A DNA stretch of 32,000 bases from an uncultured bacterium (GTDB lineage: Bacteria; GCA-001730085), in the NCBI GenBank assembly GCA_964565945.1, contig CAZMGY010000018.1:1-32000 (forward strand), given 5' to 3'. The position numbers and the translations under genes were made by a program. The notes under the pieces are model-generated. The model saw only the letters and a program-made list of their open reading frames with translations. It searched no databases and was not told where the DNA came from. This document shows, piece by piece, positions 1 through 8,800 of the stretch (the stretch's first letter is position 1; every line of letters begins with the position of its first letter).

Positions 1-97
1 GCGGCGCAAACCAATAGTGCTTTGCCACAAAACATTGCCTTTTTTGAGAACGATTTGAAGGTTCTTGTTTCTGCATAGTCTTTCTGTTTTAAATTTT

Positions 98-126
98 CCC
101 TCTCCCCTCATGTAGGGGATTGAGGG
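98..126. other. Imperfect C/G-rich inverted repeat (stem-loop), function unknown
   Basis: tcccct(103-108)/agggga(114-119) form a 6-bp inner stem with a 5-nt loop. ccctc(98-102)/gaggg(122-126) form a 5-bp outer stem after a 2-nt tt bulge. It lies 20 nt after a TAG that closes an edge-truncated open frame (1-78). It is flanked by ttttaaatttt and aaaaattt, and no clean U-run follows on either strand, so it is not a canonical intrinsic terminator. Confidence 0.45.
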
Positions 127-257
127 TGAGAAAAATTTAAACCCCCCATCCAAAAATAGAAAACAAAAAAGCATAGAAATCCCAACTACTATAATGGTTT
201 CAACAAAGCTACTTCTGCCCCTGGTTCGTGGAGTACCCCACCACCGCCATTTAAAGA

Positions 258-283
258 AAGTGAACTTGATACACAGTTCACTT
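258..283. other. 9-bp perfect inverted repeat (aagtgaact / agttcactt) with 8-nt loop, function unknown
   Basis: Read directly: 258-266 is the reverse complement of 275-283. Confidence 0.5.
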
Positions 284-286
284 TAT

Positions 287-323
287 ACTTGCGCCCCGCG
301 GCTAAAGGCCTTAGGGCGCAAGT
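287..323. repeat. GC-rich stem-loop whose arms carry the recurring heptamer (TTGCGCC ... GGCGCAA)
   Basis: acttgcgccc (287-296) pairs with gggcgcaagt (314-323) as a 10-bp perfect stem with a 17-nt loop. The same arm sequence recurs at 590-607 and 3-9. Confidence 0.6.
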
Positions 324-499
324 GTTCTCTTAAATAGACGAATACTCTTTATGCCTCGCCCCCTTTCTCGCGCAAAACCCAAGTCCATGATCAGAGAACT
401 GAGAGCTCTTTAAAATCAACATATTAAAAACGGACTGGTAGAAAGATTTATTGGGTAAATCACGAAATTAGACTTTGAACACATTTAACTGGGTAAACC

Positions 500-530
500 T
501 TAGAAAAATGTTTATATTGAGTGGTATAAT
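500..530 (+). promoter_or_regulatory. Candidate sigma70-type promoter with extended -10 (TGgTATAAT), facing the 735-5692 gene string
   Basis: tggtataat at 522-530 matches the extended -10 consensus TGnTATAAT. The best -35-like hexamer is ttagaa at 500-505, with a long 19-bp spacer. There is no experimental support and AT-rich DNA gives false positives. Confidence 0.3.
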
Positions 531-589
531 TGCGTGGCTAAGATAGGCTATGGTTGGCTTAATCCATATATCTTTGATTCTATATTTGA

Positions 590-607
590 GGCGCAAGACT
601 TTGCGCC
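590..607. repeat. Second stem-loop built from the same heptamer (GGCGCAA gact TTGCGCC)
   Basis: ggcgcaa (590-596) and ttgcgcc (601-607) form a 7-bp stem with a 4-nt loop. The arms are identical to those of the 287-323 hairpin but in swapped order. Confidence 0.6.
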
Positions 608-734
608 CAAATGCTTGTGGATATTCATAGTTAGTAATGAGAGGATTACCCAAGAACTTGGCGGGCCGTTTGAACGATTCTCAAAAGAATAAAAAGGAAA
701 TGGGATAGATGACTTCACCAAAAATATCACCATA

Positions 735-1188
735 ATGGAATGGTTAAAGAAAGAACCTCCGTGGCTACAGGTCGCAGCAAAGCGCTTGCTTCAATCTCGT
801 GATCTGGCAGAATTGTGTCAGAAGGAAGCGAATAAGAAGTTTCCTAATATCGATTGCAATATTCCTGCCAGTGCTTTTGATACACATGATTCGGAAAAAA
901 TACATTTATGTTCCATCAGTAAAGTTGCTGGGGTGAATAAACTGCCTCCCCCTAACCTCCTTGATTTCGGCACGAGCAAATACTTAAAGGTGAAGCTCAA
1001 AAACAGACCTCAGAAGCAGCCAGAAAGGTTAAAGAGGCAATTGATGCTCTGCCCCAGAGATCCCCAGCTTCGCGGAAGTAAAAAGAAGCATCAATGATAC
1101 AGTACTCTTACTTCTGGAACCAGATGATTTTGAAAAGGACTTTAAGCAATTAAAAAAATGGCTGAAGGCATTTAAGGAGACTCAATGA
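735..1188 (+). pseudogene. Frame-shifted or internally deleted gene remnant. The N-terminal ~80 aa resemble the start of an SMC/ABC-type ATPase head without its P-loop. The C-terminal 47 codons are translationally overlapped with sbcD.
   Basis: Three successive open segments lie in different frames: 735-~975 (frame 3, protein-like: MEWLKKEPPWLQVAAKRLL...IHLCSISKVAGVNKLPPPNLLDFG), 965-1081 (frame 2: ...GEAQKQTSEAARKVKEAIDALPQ...) and 1045-1188 (frame 1, no ATG: ...AEVKRSINDTVLLLLEPDDFEKDFKQLKKWLKAFKETQ*). The frame-1 stop TGA (1186-1188) overlaps the sbcD ATG (1185-1187). The tail of the listed 120-aa ORF (KVKLKNRPQKQPERLKRQ...) looks like out-of-frame K/R-rich read-through. No SD precedes the ATG at 735. 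Confidence 0.5.
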
Positions 1189-2423
1189 AAATCCTCCACA
1201 CATCAGACTGGCATTTAGGCCGCTCCCTTTACGGCAGGAAACGCTATGAAGAGTTTTCAGCTTTTTTGGATTGGCTGGCGAAGACCATTGAAGAAGAAAA
1301 TATCGATGCCCTGCTTGTTGCTGGTGACGTATTTGATACCAGTATACCCAGTAATCGAGCACAGGAACTCTACTATCGTTTTCTTTGCCAGATTGCGGCA
1401 TCCTGTTGCCGTCATGTTGTGGTCATTGCTGGGAATCACGATTCACCGTCATTTCTGAATGCCCCGAAGGAGCTGCTCCGTGCCCTGAATGTGTATGTGG
1501 TTGGCTCCATGACCGAAGTCTTGGATGACGAGGTGATTGTTCTTCAGTCAGATGACAAATCTAAGGCCATTGTCTGCGCCATACCATATTTGCGTGATAA
1601 GGATATCCGGACGGTCGAGCCAGGAGAAACGATCGATGATAAAAACGCCAAGCTTCTTGAAGGGCTAAAAAAGCATTACGCGGATGTTTGCGCTATTGCC
1701 GAACAGAAACGAAACGAATTCAAAAGCGCTGGGCATGATAACATCCCCATCGTTGCCATGGGACACCTTTTCACGGCAGGAGGTAAGACCGTTGAGGGTG
1801 ATGGTGTCCGGGAACTTTATGTGGGATCGCTGGCGCAGGTAGGCGAGGAAGTTTTTCCTTCGTCAATCGATTATCTCGCTCTCGGACATCTCCATGTCCC
1901 TCAGGCGGTCGGCAGCGCGAAACATATACGCTACTGTGGTTCGCCCATCCCGATGGGCTATGGTGAAGCAACTCAGGAAAAGAAAGTCGTGCTCATTAAG
2001 TTCAATAGCTCCACGCCAAATATCCAAGAACTCCCAGTGCCGTGTTTTCAGGAACTGGTCCGCATTGTTGGATCTCTGAATGACATTCATGCAAAGCTGG
2101 AAGAGCTGAAAAAGGAAGCTAGCTCTGCATGGCTTGAAATTGAATACACTGGCAGCGACATCATCGGCAACCTACGTGAGATACTCGATGAGTCCATGGT
2201 CCACTCTTCTATGGAAATCCGTCGGATAAAAAACCAGCATGTCATGGACCGAGTAATCAGCACGGTCGCGGAAAATGAAACCCTCGATGATCTGAATGTC
2301 GGGGATGTTTTTACCCGCTGTCTGAATACTTTTGAGGTGCCAGATGAAGACCGGGAAGAATTGACGGCCTCCTACAACGAAATAATTAAGTCTTTCCATG
2401 AAAAAGACGTAAACGCGGAATAG
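1185..2423 (+). CDS. sbcD: Exonuclease SbcCD, nuclease subunit SbcD (Mre11-family phosphoesterase)
   Basis: 412-aa ORF with an AAGGAG Shine-Dalgarno at 1174-1179, 5 nt before the ATG. The ordered calcineurin-like/Mre11 motifs are present: DWHLG (aa 8-12), GDVFD (aa 47-51), GNHD (aa 83-86), then MGH and GHLH further on. The size and the 11-nt spacing to sbcC match the classical sbcDC operon. Confidence 0.95.
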   Translation: MKILHTSDWHLGRSLYGRKRYEEFSAFLDWLAKTIEEENIDALLVAGDVFDTSIPSNRAQELYYRFLCQIAASCCRHVVVIAGNHDSPSFLNAPKELLRALNVYVVGSMTEVLDDEVIVLQSDDKSKAIVCAIPYLRDKDIRTVEPGETIDDKNAKLLEGLKKHYADVCAIAEQKRNEFKSAGHDNIPIVAMGHLFTAGGKTVEGDGVRELYVGSLAQVGEEVFPSSIDYLALGHLHVPQAVGSAKHIRYCGSPIPMGYGEATQEKKVVLIKFNSSTPNIQELPVPCFQELVRIVGSLNDIHAKLEELKKEASSAWLEIEYTGSDIIGNLREILDESMVHSSMEIRRIKNQHVMDRVISTVAENETLDDLNVGDVFTRCLNTFEVPDEDREELTASYNEIIKSFHEKDVNAE

Positions 2424-2434
2424 AAAGACTGATT

Positions 2435-5400
2435 ATGAAGATACTTGAGCTCCGATTTAAGAACCTCAACTCCCTCTATGGCGAATGGGTCATAGATTTC
2501 ACCGATCCCGAATATGTATCCAACGGAATCTTTGCGTTAACTGGTCCGACCGGTGCTGGCAAATCAACAATTCTTGATGCTATCTGTCTGGCCCTGTATG
2601 GAGCCACGCCCCGCCTTGGAAAAATAACCAAAAGTGGAAATGAGATTATGTCCCGCCAGACTGGTGGATGCTATGCCGAGGTATTATTTGAGTCCCATGC
2701 TGGTCGGTTCCGCTGTCACTGGGAACAGCGCCGGGCGAGAAAAAAGGCTGAAGGAAACCTGCAGGATCAGGAACACCAGATTGCAGATGCCTCTACCGGC
2801 AAGCCCATTGAAACCAAGAAAAGCCTTGTCGCTGCTGTTATTGAAGAAAAAACAGGGATGGACTTTGACCGTTTCACCCGTTCCATCCTACTGGCACAAG
2901 GTGAGTTCGATAACTTTCTGAAAGCTGACGTTGAACAAAAATCTAAAATACTCGAACAAATCACCGGCAGCGAGATTTATTCGGAAATTTCACGCCGGGT
3001 TCATGAACGCCGGCGCGATGAGAAGGAAAAGCTGTACATCCTGAATGCCGAAACATCTGGCATTCTAATTCTGGAACCGAAGCTGGAAAGAGCGATTCAA
3101 GAGGACCTTGAGAGCAAGCAGAAACAGAAAGCTCAGCTTACCGTTAAATTAACCGAAACCCACGAGGCCATCACATGGCTAACCACCATTGTGGCTCTGA
3201 AAAAGGAACTCCTCAGCCTTGAGGATAAAGCTGCAAATCTGAAGGCCCTTACCGAAGCGTTCAAACCGGAACATGCCAAACTTGAACAAGCCCTTAAAGC
3301 CGCATTATTGGACGGAACATACGCAACCTTCACTACCCTCCGTAAGCAGAAAGCAGACGATCAGGCTTCTTTAAAAATGGCCGAAGCCACATTTCCTGAG
3401 TTAGAATCCTCAGCAAACAAACAAGCTAAAACTCTCAAAACTGCCGAGCATCTCACCCTTAAAACTAAAGAGGATCTACAAGCATCTGCCCCACTAATTA
3501 AGAAAATTCGATCGCTTGATCAAAAAATTGCAGAAGAGACTCGAGATGTAACACTCGCCACTAAGGCCTGTACTGAGGAAGCCGCAAAGATTGAGACAAA
3601 CAAACAGGCTCGGGTAAAGGAACAGGAAAAGCGAACGGACAAAAAAAAAATACTGGTGGCTGTCGAACAATATCTCAGAGAGCATGGAGAAGATGAATGG
3701 CTGATCGGTGGTCTGGCTGGTATTAAAGAACAATTCGGAAACCTGTTCGCCAAACAACAGGAGATCACTCAGAAAGAAACCAAACTCAAAAATGCCACTA
3801 AGACCGTGGAAAAAGCTTCAGAAAAACAGGCATCAAGCAGAAAGCAATATTCCCTCAAAAAGCAGGAACTGGCGGAATCCAGTAAAAATCTTCAGCAAGG
3901 CAAGAATGCCCTAAGCGAATTGCTGGGTGACAAATTACTCCGGGAATATCGCACCAAGAAAGAGGCCCTTCTTCGCGAAATGGCATTTATCAAGAAAATT
4001 GAGAATCTTGAAAGCCATCAGGTCAAGCTGGAAAACGGCAAGCCCTGCCCGCTTTGTGGCTCAATCGAGCACCCTTTTGCAGAAGGAAATGTTCCCGTTC
4101 CCGATGAAGTTGAGCAAAAGGTTGAATCTCTGACCAAGCTGATCAGCAAGGCAGAGGATCAGGAATTCTCCATTAAAGAACTGGGACAGGCGGAAGAGAG
4201 CGCCCGCAATTTTCTTAATAACAGCGAAAAGCAAGAAACCGTTGCCGCCAACGACAAAAAGGCCGCTGAAAAGACCCTCGCTGAATTGAAGGATACCCTC
4301 ATTCAACTTCGGGACAATTTTGAAGAGCTCAAGCTGACAGTATCTGGGAAACTCCAGCCACTTGGCATAAAGAAAATACCAAAATCAGAGCTTCCATCAC
4401 TTCTCGAGTCTCTCAAATCAAGGAGGCAAGCATGGCAGGAACAGGCAAAGCAAAAAATCGAAATCAAACAACAGGTTGCTACCATCAACAGCGAGGTAAA
4501 GTATCTGGATGGCACAATTGAGACAGAAGTTGCGGCTCTGACTGAAAAACAAGAAAATCTGGAACGGTTAAAAAAGGCGCATGCCACCAGAACAGATAAG
4601 CGAAAGGAATCGTATGGCGACAAAAACCCTGACGAAGAAGAAAACCGCCTAAACAAAGCTATTGCTGATGCCGAGGAGGCAGAAAAGGAGGCTAGAAGGC
4701 TAAATACCAGGCTACAGCACGAACTTCAAACGGCGAACACTCGTGTCGAATCCCTGAAAAAGCATATCGAGCAGAAAGCGCCTGACCTAAAAAAAGCAGA
4801 AACAGACTTTTCGGCTGCTCTGACTCCTGCAGGCTTTGTAGATGAAGTTATGTTCCGCGATGCCAGATTGACCAATGAGGAACAGGAATCCTTATCCTCC
4901 CAGGCAAAAAAGCTGGCTAATGCGCGAACTGAGCTCAAAGCCAAACAGAAAGACGGGGAGACACATTTGGCCACAGAGATCGCCAAAAAACTCACAGATA
5001 AGACGTTTGAGGAGCTGGAGCCGCAGTTCAAAGCATATGGGGAATCCCTGGAAGAACTTCGCAATGTCATTGCTGCTCTCAAACACAATCTAAATAAAAA
5101 TACAGCAACCAAGGAACGGATAAAGGAAAAGCAATCCGCCATCCAGGCCCAAAAAAAAGAGTGTCATCGCTGGGAGAATTTGCATGCTCTTATCGGTTCA
5201 GCTGACGGAAAAAAGTACCGAAACTTTGCACAAGGTCTCACCTTTAAATTGATGGTAACGCATGCCAACCAGCAGCTGGAAAAAATGACTGACCGCTATC
5301 TGCTAATCCCTGATGAAGAGCAGCCGCTGGAGTTGAATGTCGTGGATAATTATCAGGCAGGTGATATCCGATCGACTAGGAATCTATCGGGTGGAGAAAG

Positions 5401-5692
5401 TTTTATCGTCAGTCTGACGCTGGCGCTGGGACTATCGAAAATGGCCAGCCAGAAAGTTCGGGTGGATTCTCTGTTTTTGGATGAAGGCTTCGGCACCTTG
5501 GATGAAGAAGCTTTGGAAACCTCTCTGGAAGCATTATCCAGCCTTCAGCAAGACGGTAAGCTGATCGGCATCATCTCCCATGTATCTGCACTAAAGGAAA
5601 GAATCAGCACACAGATAAACATAACACCTATCTCTGGTGGCCACAGTTCTCTGTCTGGCCCAGGCTGTACAAAGGAGGCTAAAAATGAATAG
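2435..5692 (+). CDS. sbcC: Exonuclease SbcCD, ATPase subunit SbcC (Rad50/SMC-like)
   Basis: 1,085-aa ORF. The N-terminus MKILELRFKNLNSLYGEWVIDF...GPTGAGKST (Walker A, aa 37-45) is close to the E. coli SbcC N-terminus as I recall it. A long central coiled coil has a CPLC zinc hook at aa 538-541 (nt 4046-4057). The C-terminal head carries the signature LSGGES (aa 984-989), Walker B LFLDEGFGTLD (aa 1013-1023) and the H-loop IISHV. Confidence 0.95.
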   Translation: MKILELRFKNLNSLYGEWVIDFTDPEYVSNGIFALTGPTGAGKSTILDAICLALYGATPRLGKITKSGNEIMSRQTGGCYAEVLFESHAGRFRCHWEQRRARKKAEGNLQDQEHQIADASTGKPIETKKSLVAAVIEEKTGMDFDRFTRSILLAQGEFDNFLKADVEQKSKILEQITGSEIYSEISRRVHERRRDEKEKLYILNAETSGILILEPKLERAIQEDLESKQKQKAQLTVKLTETHEAITWLTTIVALKKELLSLEDKAANLKALTEAFKPEHAKLEQALKAALLDGTYATFTTLRKQKADDQASLKMAEATFPELESSANKQAKTLKTAEHLTLKTKEDLQASAPLIKKIRSLDQKIAEETRDVTLATKACTEEAAKIETNKQARVKEQEKRTDKKKILVAVEQYLREHGEDEWLIGGLAGIKEQFGNLFAKQQEITQKETKLKNATKTVEKASEKQASSRKQYSLKKQELAESSKNLQQGKNALSELLGDKLLREYRTKKEALLREMAFIKKIENLESHQVKLENGKPCPLCGSIEHPFAEGNVPVPDEVEQKVESLTKLISKAEDQEFSIKELGQAEESARNFLNNSEKQETVAANDKKAAEKTLAELKDTLIQLRDNFEELKLTVSGKLQPLGIKKIPKSELPSLLESLKSRRQAWQEQAKQKIEIKQQVATINSEVKYLDGTIETEVAALTEKQENLERLKKAHATRTDKRKESYGDKNPDEEENRLNKAIADAEEAEKEARRLNTRLQHELQTANTRVESLKKHIEQKAPDLKKAETDFSAALTPAGFVDEVMFRDARLTNEEQESLSSQAKKLANARTELKAKQKDGETHLATEIAKKLTDKTFEELEPQFKAYGESLEELRNVIAALKHNLNKNTATKERIKEKQSAIQAQKKECHRWENLHALIGSADGKKYRNFAQGLTFKLMVTHANQQLEKMTDRYLLIPDEEQPLELNVVDNYQAGDIRSTRNLSGGESFIVSLTLALGLSKMASQKVRVDSLFLDEGFGTLDEEALETSLEALSSLQQDGKLIGIISHVSALKERISTQINITPISGGHSSLSGPGCTKEAKNE

Positions 5693-5811
5693 AAGGGAAA
5701 GTGAATACACCGATCAGATTATCTCATGATGTGTGTGTCCTCTCAAACAAAATCATCCTTCTAGGGGTAATTATAGGAAATTATGAATCCTGCGGTTAAA
5801 GCAAGGGATGA

Positions 5812-8800
5812 TTAACAGTGAAGTGATAGCTCCATTAAGCTGGCAAAGTTGTCGTTAATCACCATTTGACGGTTGTTAATTGTTCCGTTAACAGCCGCCA
5901 TATTGCTAATACCATTGATGCCTTCGCGGAATGGACGGTACATTTCGGGGTTAAACTTCGCAGCTTCTTTGAAGAAACGATTTTTCATGTGTTCATAGTT
6001 TTTACGCTCATTCAAAGCTTGAACCAAGCTGATAAAGCTGCCTTCGTCCATTGTTCTCGCTAAGCGACGCATAAAACTGTTTTGTGGCAACACTGTGTCT
6101 AAAAAGGTTGTGAAGTCTTCGTCGGTTAAGCTCATATTAGCAGCTCCACGTGCAACAACAGCTTGAACAAAGTTATCCCAAGTGTTGGCATCCATGTTAT
6201 CACGCTCACCAGTTAAGGCTTCGTAATAATAACGGCTTTCGTAGCGATAGAGCTCGGCAAGCTGACCGCTTTCTGCACTTGCAAAACTTTCGACAACTTG
6301 AATGAAATCACCAAACATGTTGAAGTTAAAAGATTTGCTTAACATCATTGCTGTTTGAAGCACATCGTCCATGCTGCGATTGCTCATGTTATCCATTTCT
6401 CGTTTAAGTGTTTCAGATTCTTGTGCGTCACTTTCGATAGCAAAGCGATTTGCCAATCGTTGTTGATAGCCATCCCAGCCTTCTTCTAAGAGCTCTTGGC
6501 TTACCAACATAATACTTTGTCCGTTTTCCATAATGAATGTGTAAGGCTCTGATTGACCTTGAACAATCTGGTGAGGCACACCTGAATCACTGCTCCATTG
6601 TTTTAGCTTAGCTTGGTATTCTTCTAGATTGACTTGGCGACGAGCTGTTTCGGCATCTTCTTCACGCACACGTTCTTCGGCTATACGTGGAGTCTCCTCT
6701 TCTTCTTTTTCTCGAGTAGAGCGTTGCTCTTCGCTTTCAACACCTTGCTCTGCCCCTAATTTGCCATCATAGTCTTGATTGTGCTCGGCCACGAAGCTGG
6801 CATTATCTTCAAAGCCTGTGCCTAAAAGGATCGCATTGAGTTCGTGTTCCATAATCTCAAAGTGTGTTGTGATTTCATCCTGACGTCTCAGCATCGATAC
6901 AAGGTCCTTTTTAAGAATATCTTGCAGTTTTTGAATGTATTCGCTGTATTTGCCATCTTGATCTCGCAATTCTTGCACTTCAACAATCACTTTGGCAAGT
7001 TGTGTTCCCGCCACTCCACGAGATTGCGCCAGCGCTTCTAAGAAATGCTCATCATCTTTATTTGTTTTATCAAAGTAGCCATCTTGTTTCATGGCATCGG
7101 TATTTTCGAGCAAACGATTGGCCAAAGATCCGGTAATGAAAGCCTGACTCGCCTCGGTCATGCGAGTAACAGCTTGGTTAATTTGCGTTTTTTGCCCCTC
7201 TCTAACTTCGAACTCAGCCACAGCCGAAGCAAGTTCCTTCATAAGATCACAGGCTGTTAGAACTTTCTCTCCGCTCATGCTTTCGATATCTTGCCCCAAA
7301 GCTTCTAAGATGCTGATAAGCATAATAATGTAATCGGCATAAGAGCCCATTTCGACGTAGCGGCTGTCCCAAGAAAGTCCAAAATGTTCAGCATGGGTGC
7401 GACGTTGCAAATATTGTGCGACATCAACCGAAACTCCAAGCTCCTCCTTGAGGGCTTGTAAATCTAACAGTTTAACGCGACGGGCTTGTCCCTTAATAAT
7501 GCGAACCGAATCAAACACGATGTCTTTGCTGAATAGCTCACGATCTCTTACTTTCACATCCACATTATCAGATGCATCAGTGAAAGAAAGAGACCGTTTG
7601 CCTGGGTTGGCATTGCTTTGTAAATGGCTAAACGCTTGGCGATTTGCTTTATTCGAACGCACATTGTCACTTTGAACAATAGCCTCTTGAACCAATTGTT
7701 CGCTTAATTTTCCAGATTGAATGAGAACTTCAATCAAACGTTCTTCGCTGTTAATCGTTTCTTTTTCACCATTTGTATGCTCAATCACCAAACTAGGGGC
7801 TAAGCGGTTAAGTGTAATCAGATCACTCACATCATTTGTAGTAAGGTTTTGGTTAAACAAATCTCTTTTGATGATAATTACGTTTTCTGCTTTTTTGTCT
7901 TTAAGTTCATCAGAGCCTTCTTGTTTTTCTTTTTCGCCTTTTTTACGATTAATTAAGTATACGTTGTTCAAAACAATATCACTGGTGATAAATGACTCGC
8001 TATTTTGTCCGTCCGTAGCAAATTCAACTTGCAATTTTTTGCGTGTGGCGTCGCGTGTTTCTAGACCTTTACGCAGATCTTTAATAACATTTTTAACAGC
8101 AGTTTGCTCGTTTTGAGTCAGTTTAAGTCCGCGTGTTTGAAGTTCTTTTAAGAATTCATCGACACGTTGATCAAAGTTGGCTTGACTATCAGTAACAATT
8201 TGGCTTTGAACAAACTTGGCAATTTCAATCACATCTTGGTTTTCTTTGAGTCGAGCCAGTTGCGTTTTGGTATATTGACGGCGTTGCCAGAAAGTTTGGC
8301 TCTCTAGTGCTTTTTTGGCTTGAATTCTACGCATACGTTCCATATCGAAGGTTTTAGAACCATGACTCATATGAAGATCACTACGAGTGAAACCTTCGCT
8401 AAGAGTTCCTTGCATTTTTTTCCAAGACTGGCTCAAGCTAGTTAACATGCCTGGGAAGATTCCTTGGCTTTGCATAAGGCTTAAAGTTTCCCAGTCACTC
8501 TCTTGAACTTCGGCCGAAGAGTACAAGGAAATAAAGGCTTTCATAGTTGCATTGTGTTGTTGGATCGAAGTTTCGGGATTGTTAAGAGCTACTGCGCGAC
8601 GAATCATGTCGATGGTTACTTCGTTGCTACGTGTGCGCATGCGTTGTTCTTCGATGCGGCTCAAGATCGCTTGAGATTCGGCGCTACCATAACGTTGAAT
8701 AGCGGATAAGGCTGCTTCGTAAAAACTGCTCACCTCTTTGTGAGTTCCATCGTGGATATCCAACCATTCGGCGACATTTCGTGTGCCAGCTACATCTTCA

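Noticed and set aside
1-78. An open frame running from the window edge to a TAG at 76-78 (AAQTNSALPQNIAFFENDLKVLVSA*), possibly the 3' end of an upstream gene.
   Set aside because: Only 25 codons are visible, with no motif and no way to test coding potential. It is too weak to report as a CDS.
98-126. Calling the C/G-rich hairpin a Rho-independent terminator for the edge ORF.
   Set aside because: The hairpin is real, but it is followed by tgagaaaaattt on the + strand and aaaatttaaaa on the - strand. Because there is no proper U-tract, I report it only as a stem-loop of unknown function.
217-249. A tRNA/tmRNA-3'-end-like string (ggttcg ... ccaccgcca) that could mark an integration att site.
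   Set aside because: I could not fold a T-arm, because there is no complementary 5-bp stem around the ggttcg, nor an acceptor stem. No integrase or direct repeat partner is present in the window.
468-733. Two overlapping 61-aa minus-strand ORFs (468-653 and 548-733).
   Set aside because: No SD is present, the peptides are low-complexity and implausible, the two overlap each other in different frames, and they cross the heptamer hairpin. They are most likely chance ORFs in AT-rich non-coding DNA.
1150-2399. Alternative-frame and antisense ORFs within sbcD (for example 1150-1401 -, 1246-1458 +, 1863-2090 -, 2172-2399 -).
   Set aside because: All lie inside the strongly supported sbcD frame and have junk-like translations. 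They are shadow ORFs.
2634-5142. ORFs overlapping sbcC in other frames (for example 4303-4656 -, 117 aa; 4726-5142 -, 138 aa).
   Set aside because: They are S/F/C/L-rich antisense translations of a K/E/Q-rich coiled-coil gene, which is the typical shadow pattern. They have no starts with an SD.
5751-5813. An 8-10-bp inverted repeat (aatcatcc ... ggatgatt) spanning the sbcC/giant-gene intergenic region, considered as a bidirectional terminator.
   Set aside because: The loop is ~43 nt, the stem is AT-rich and short, there is no flanking U-run on either strand, and one arm overlaps the giant gene's stop codon. It is not convincing.
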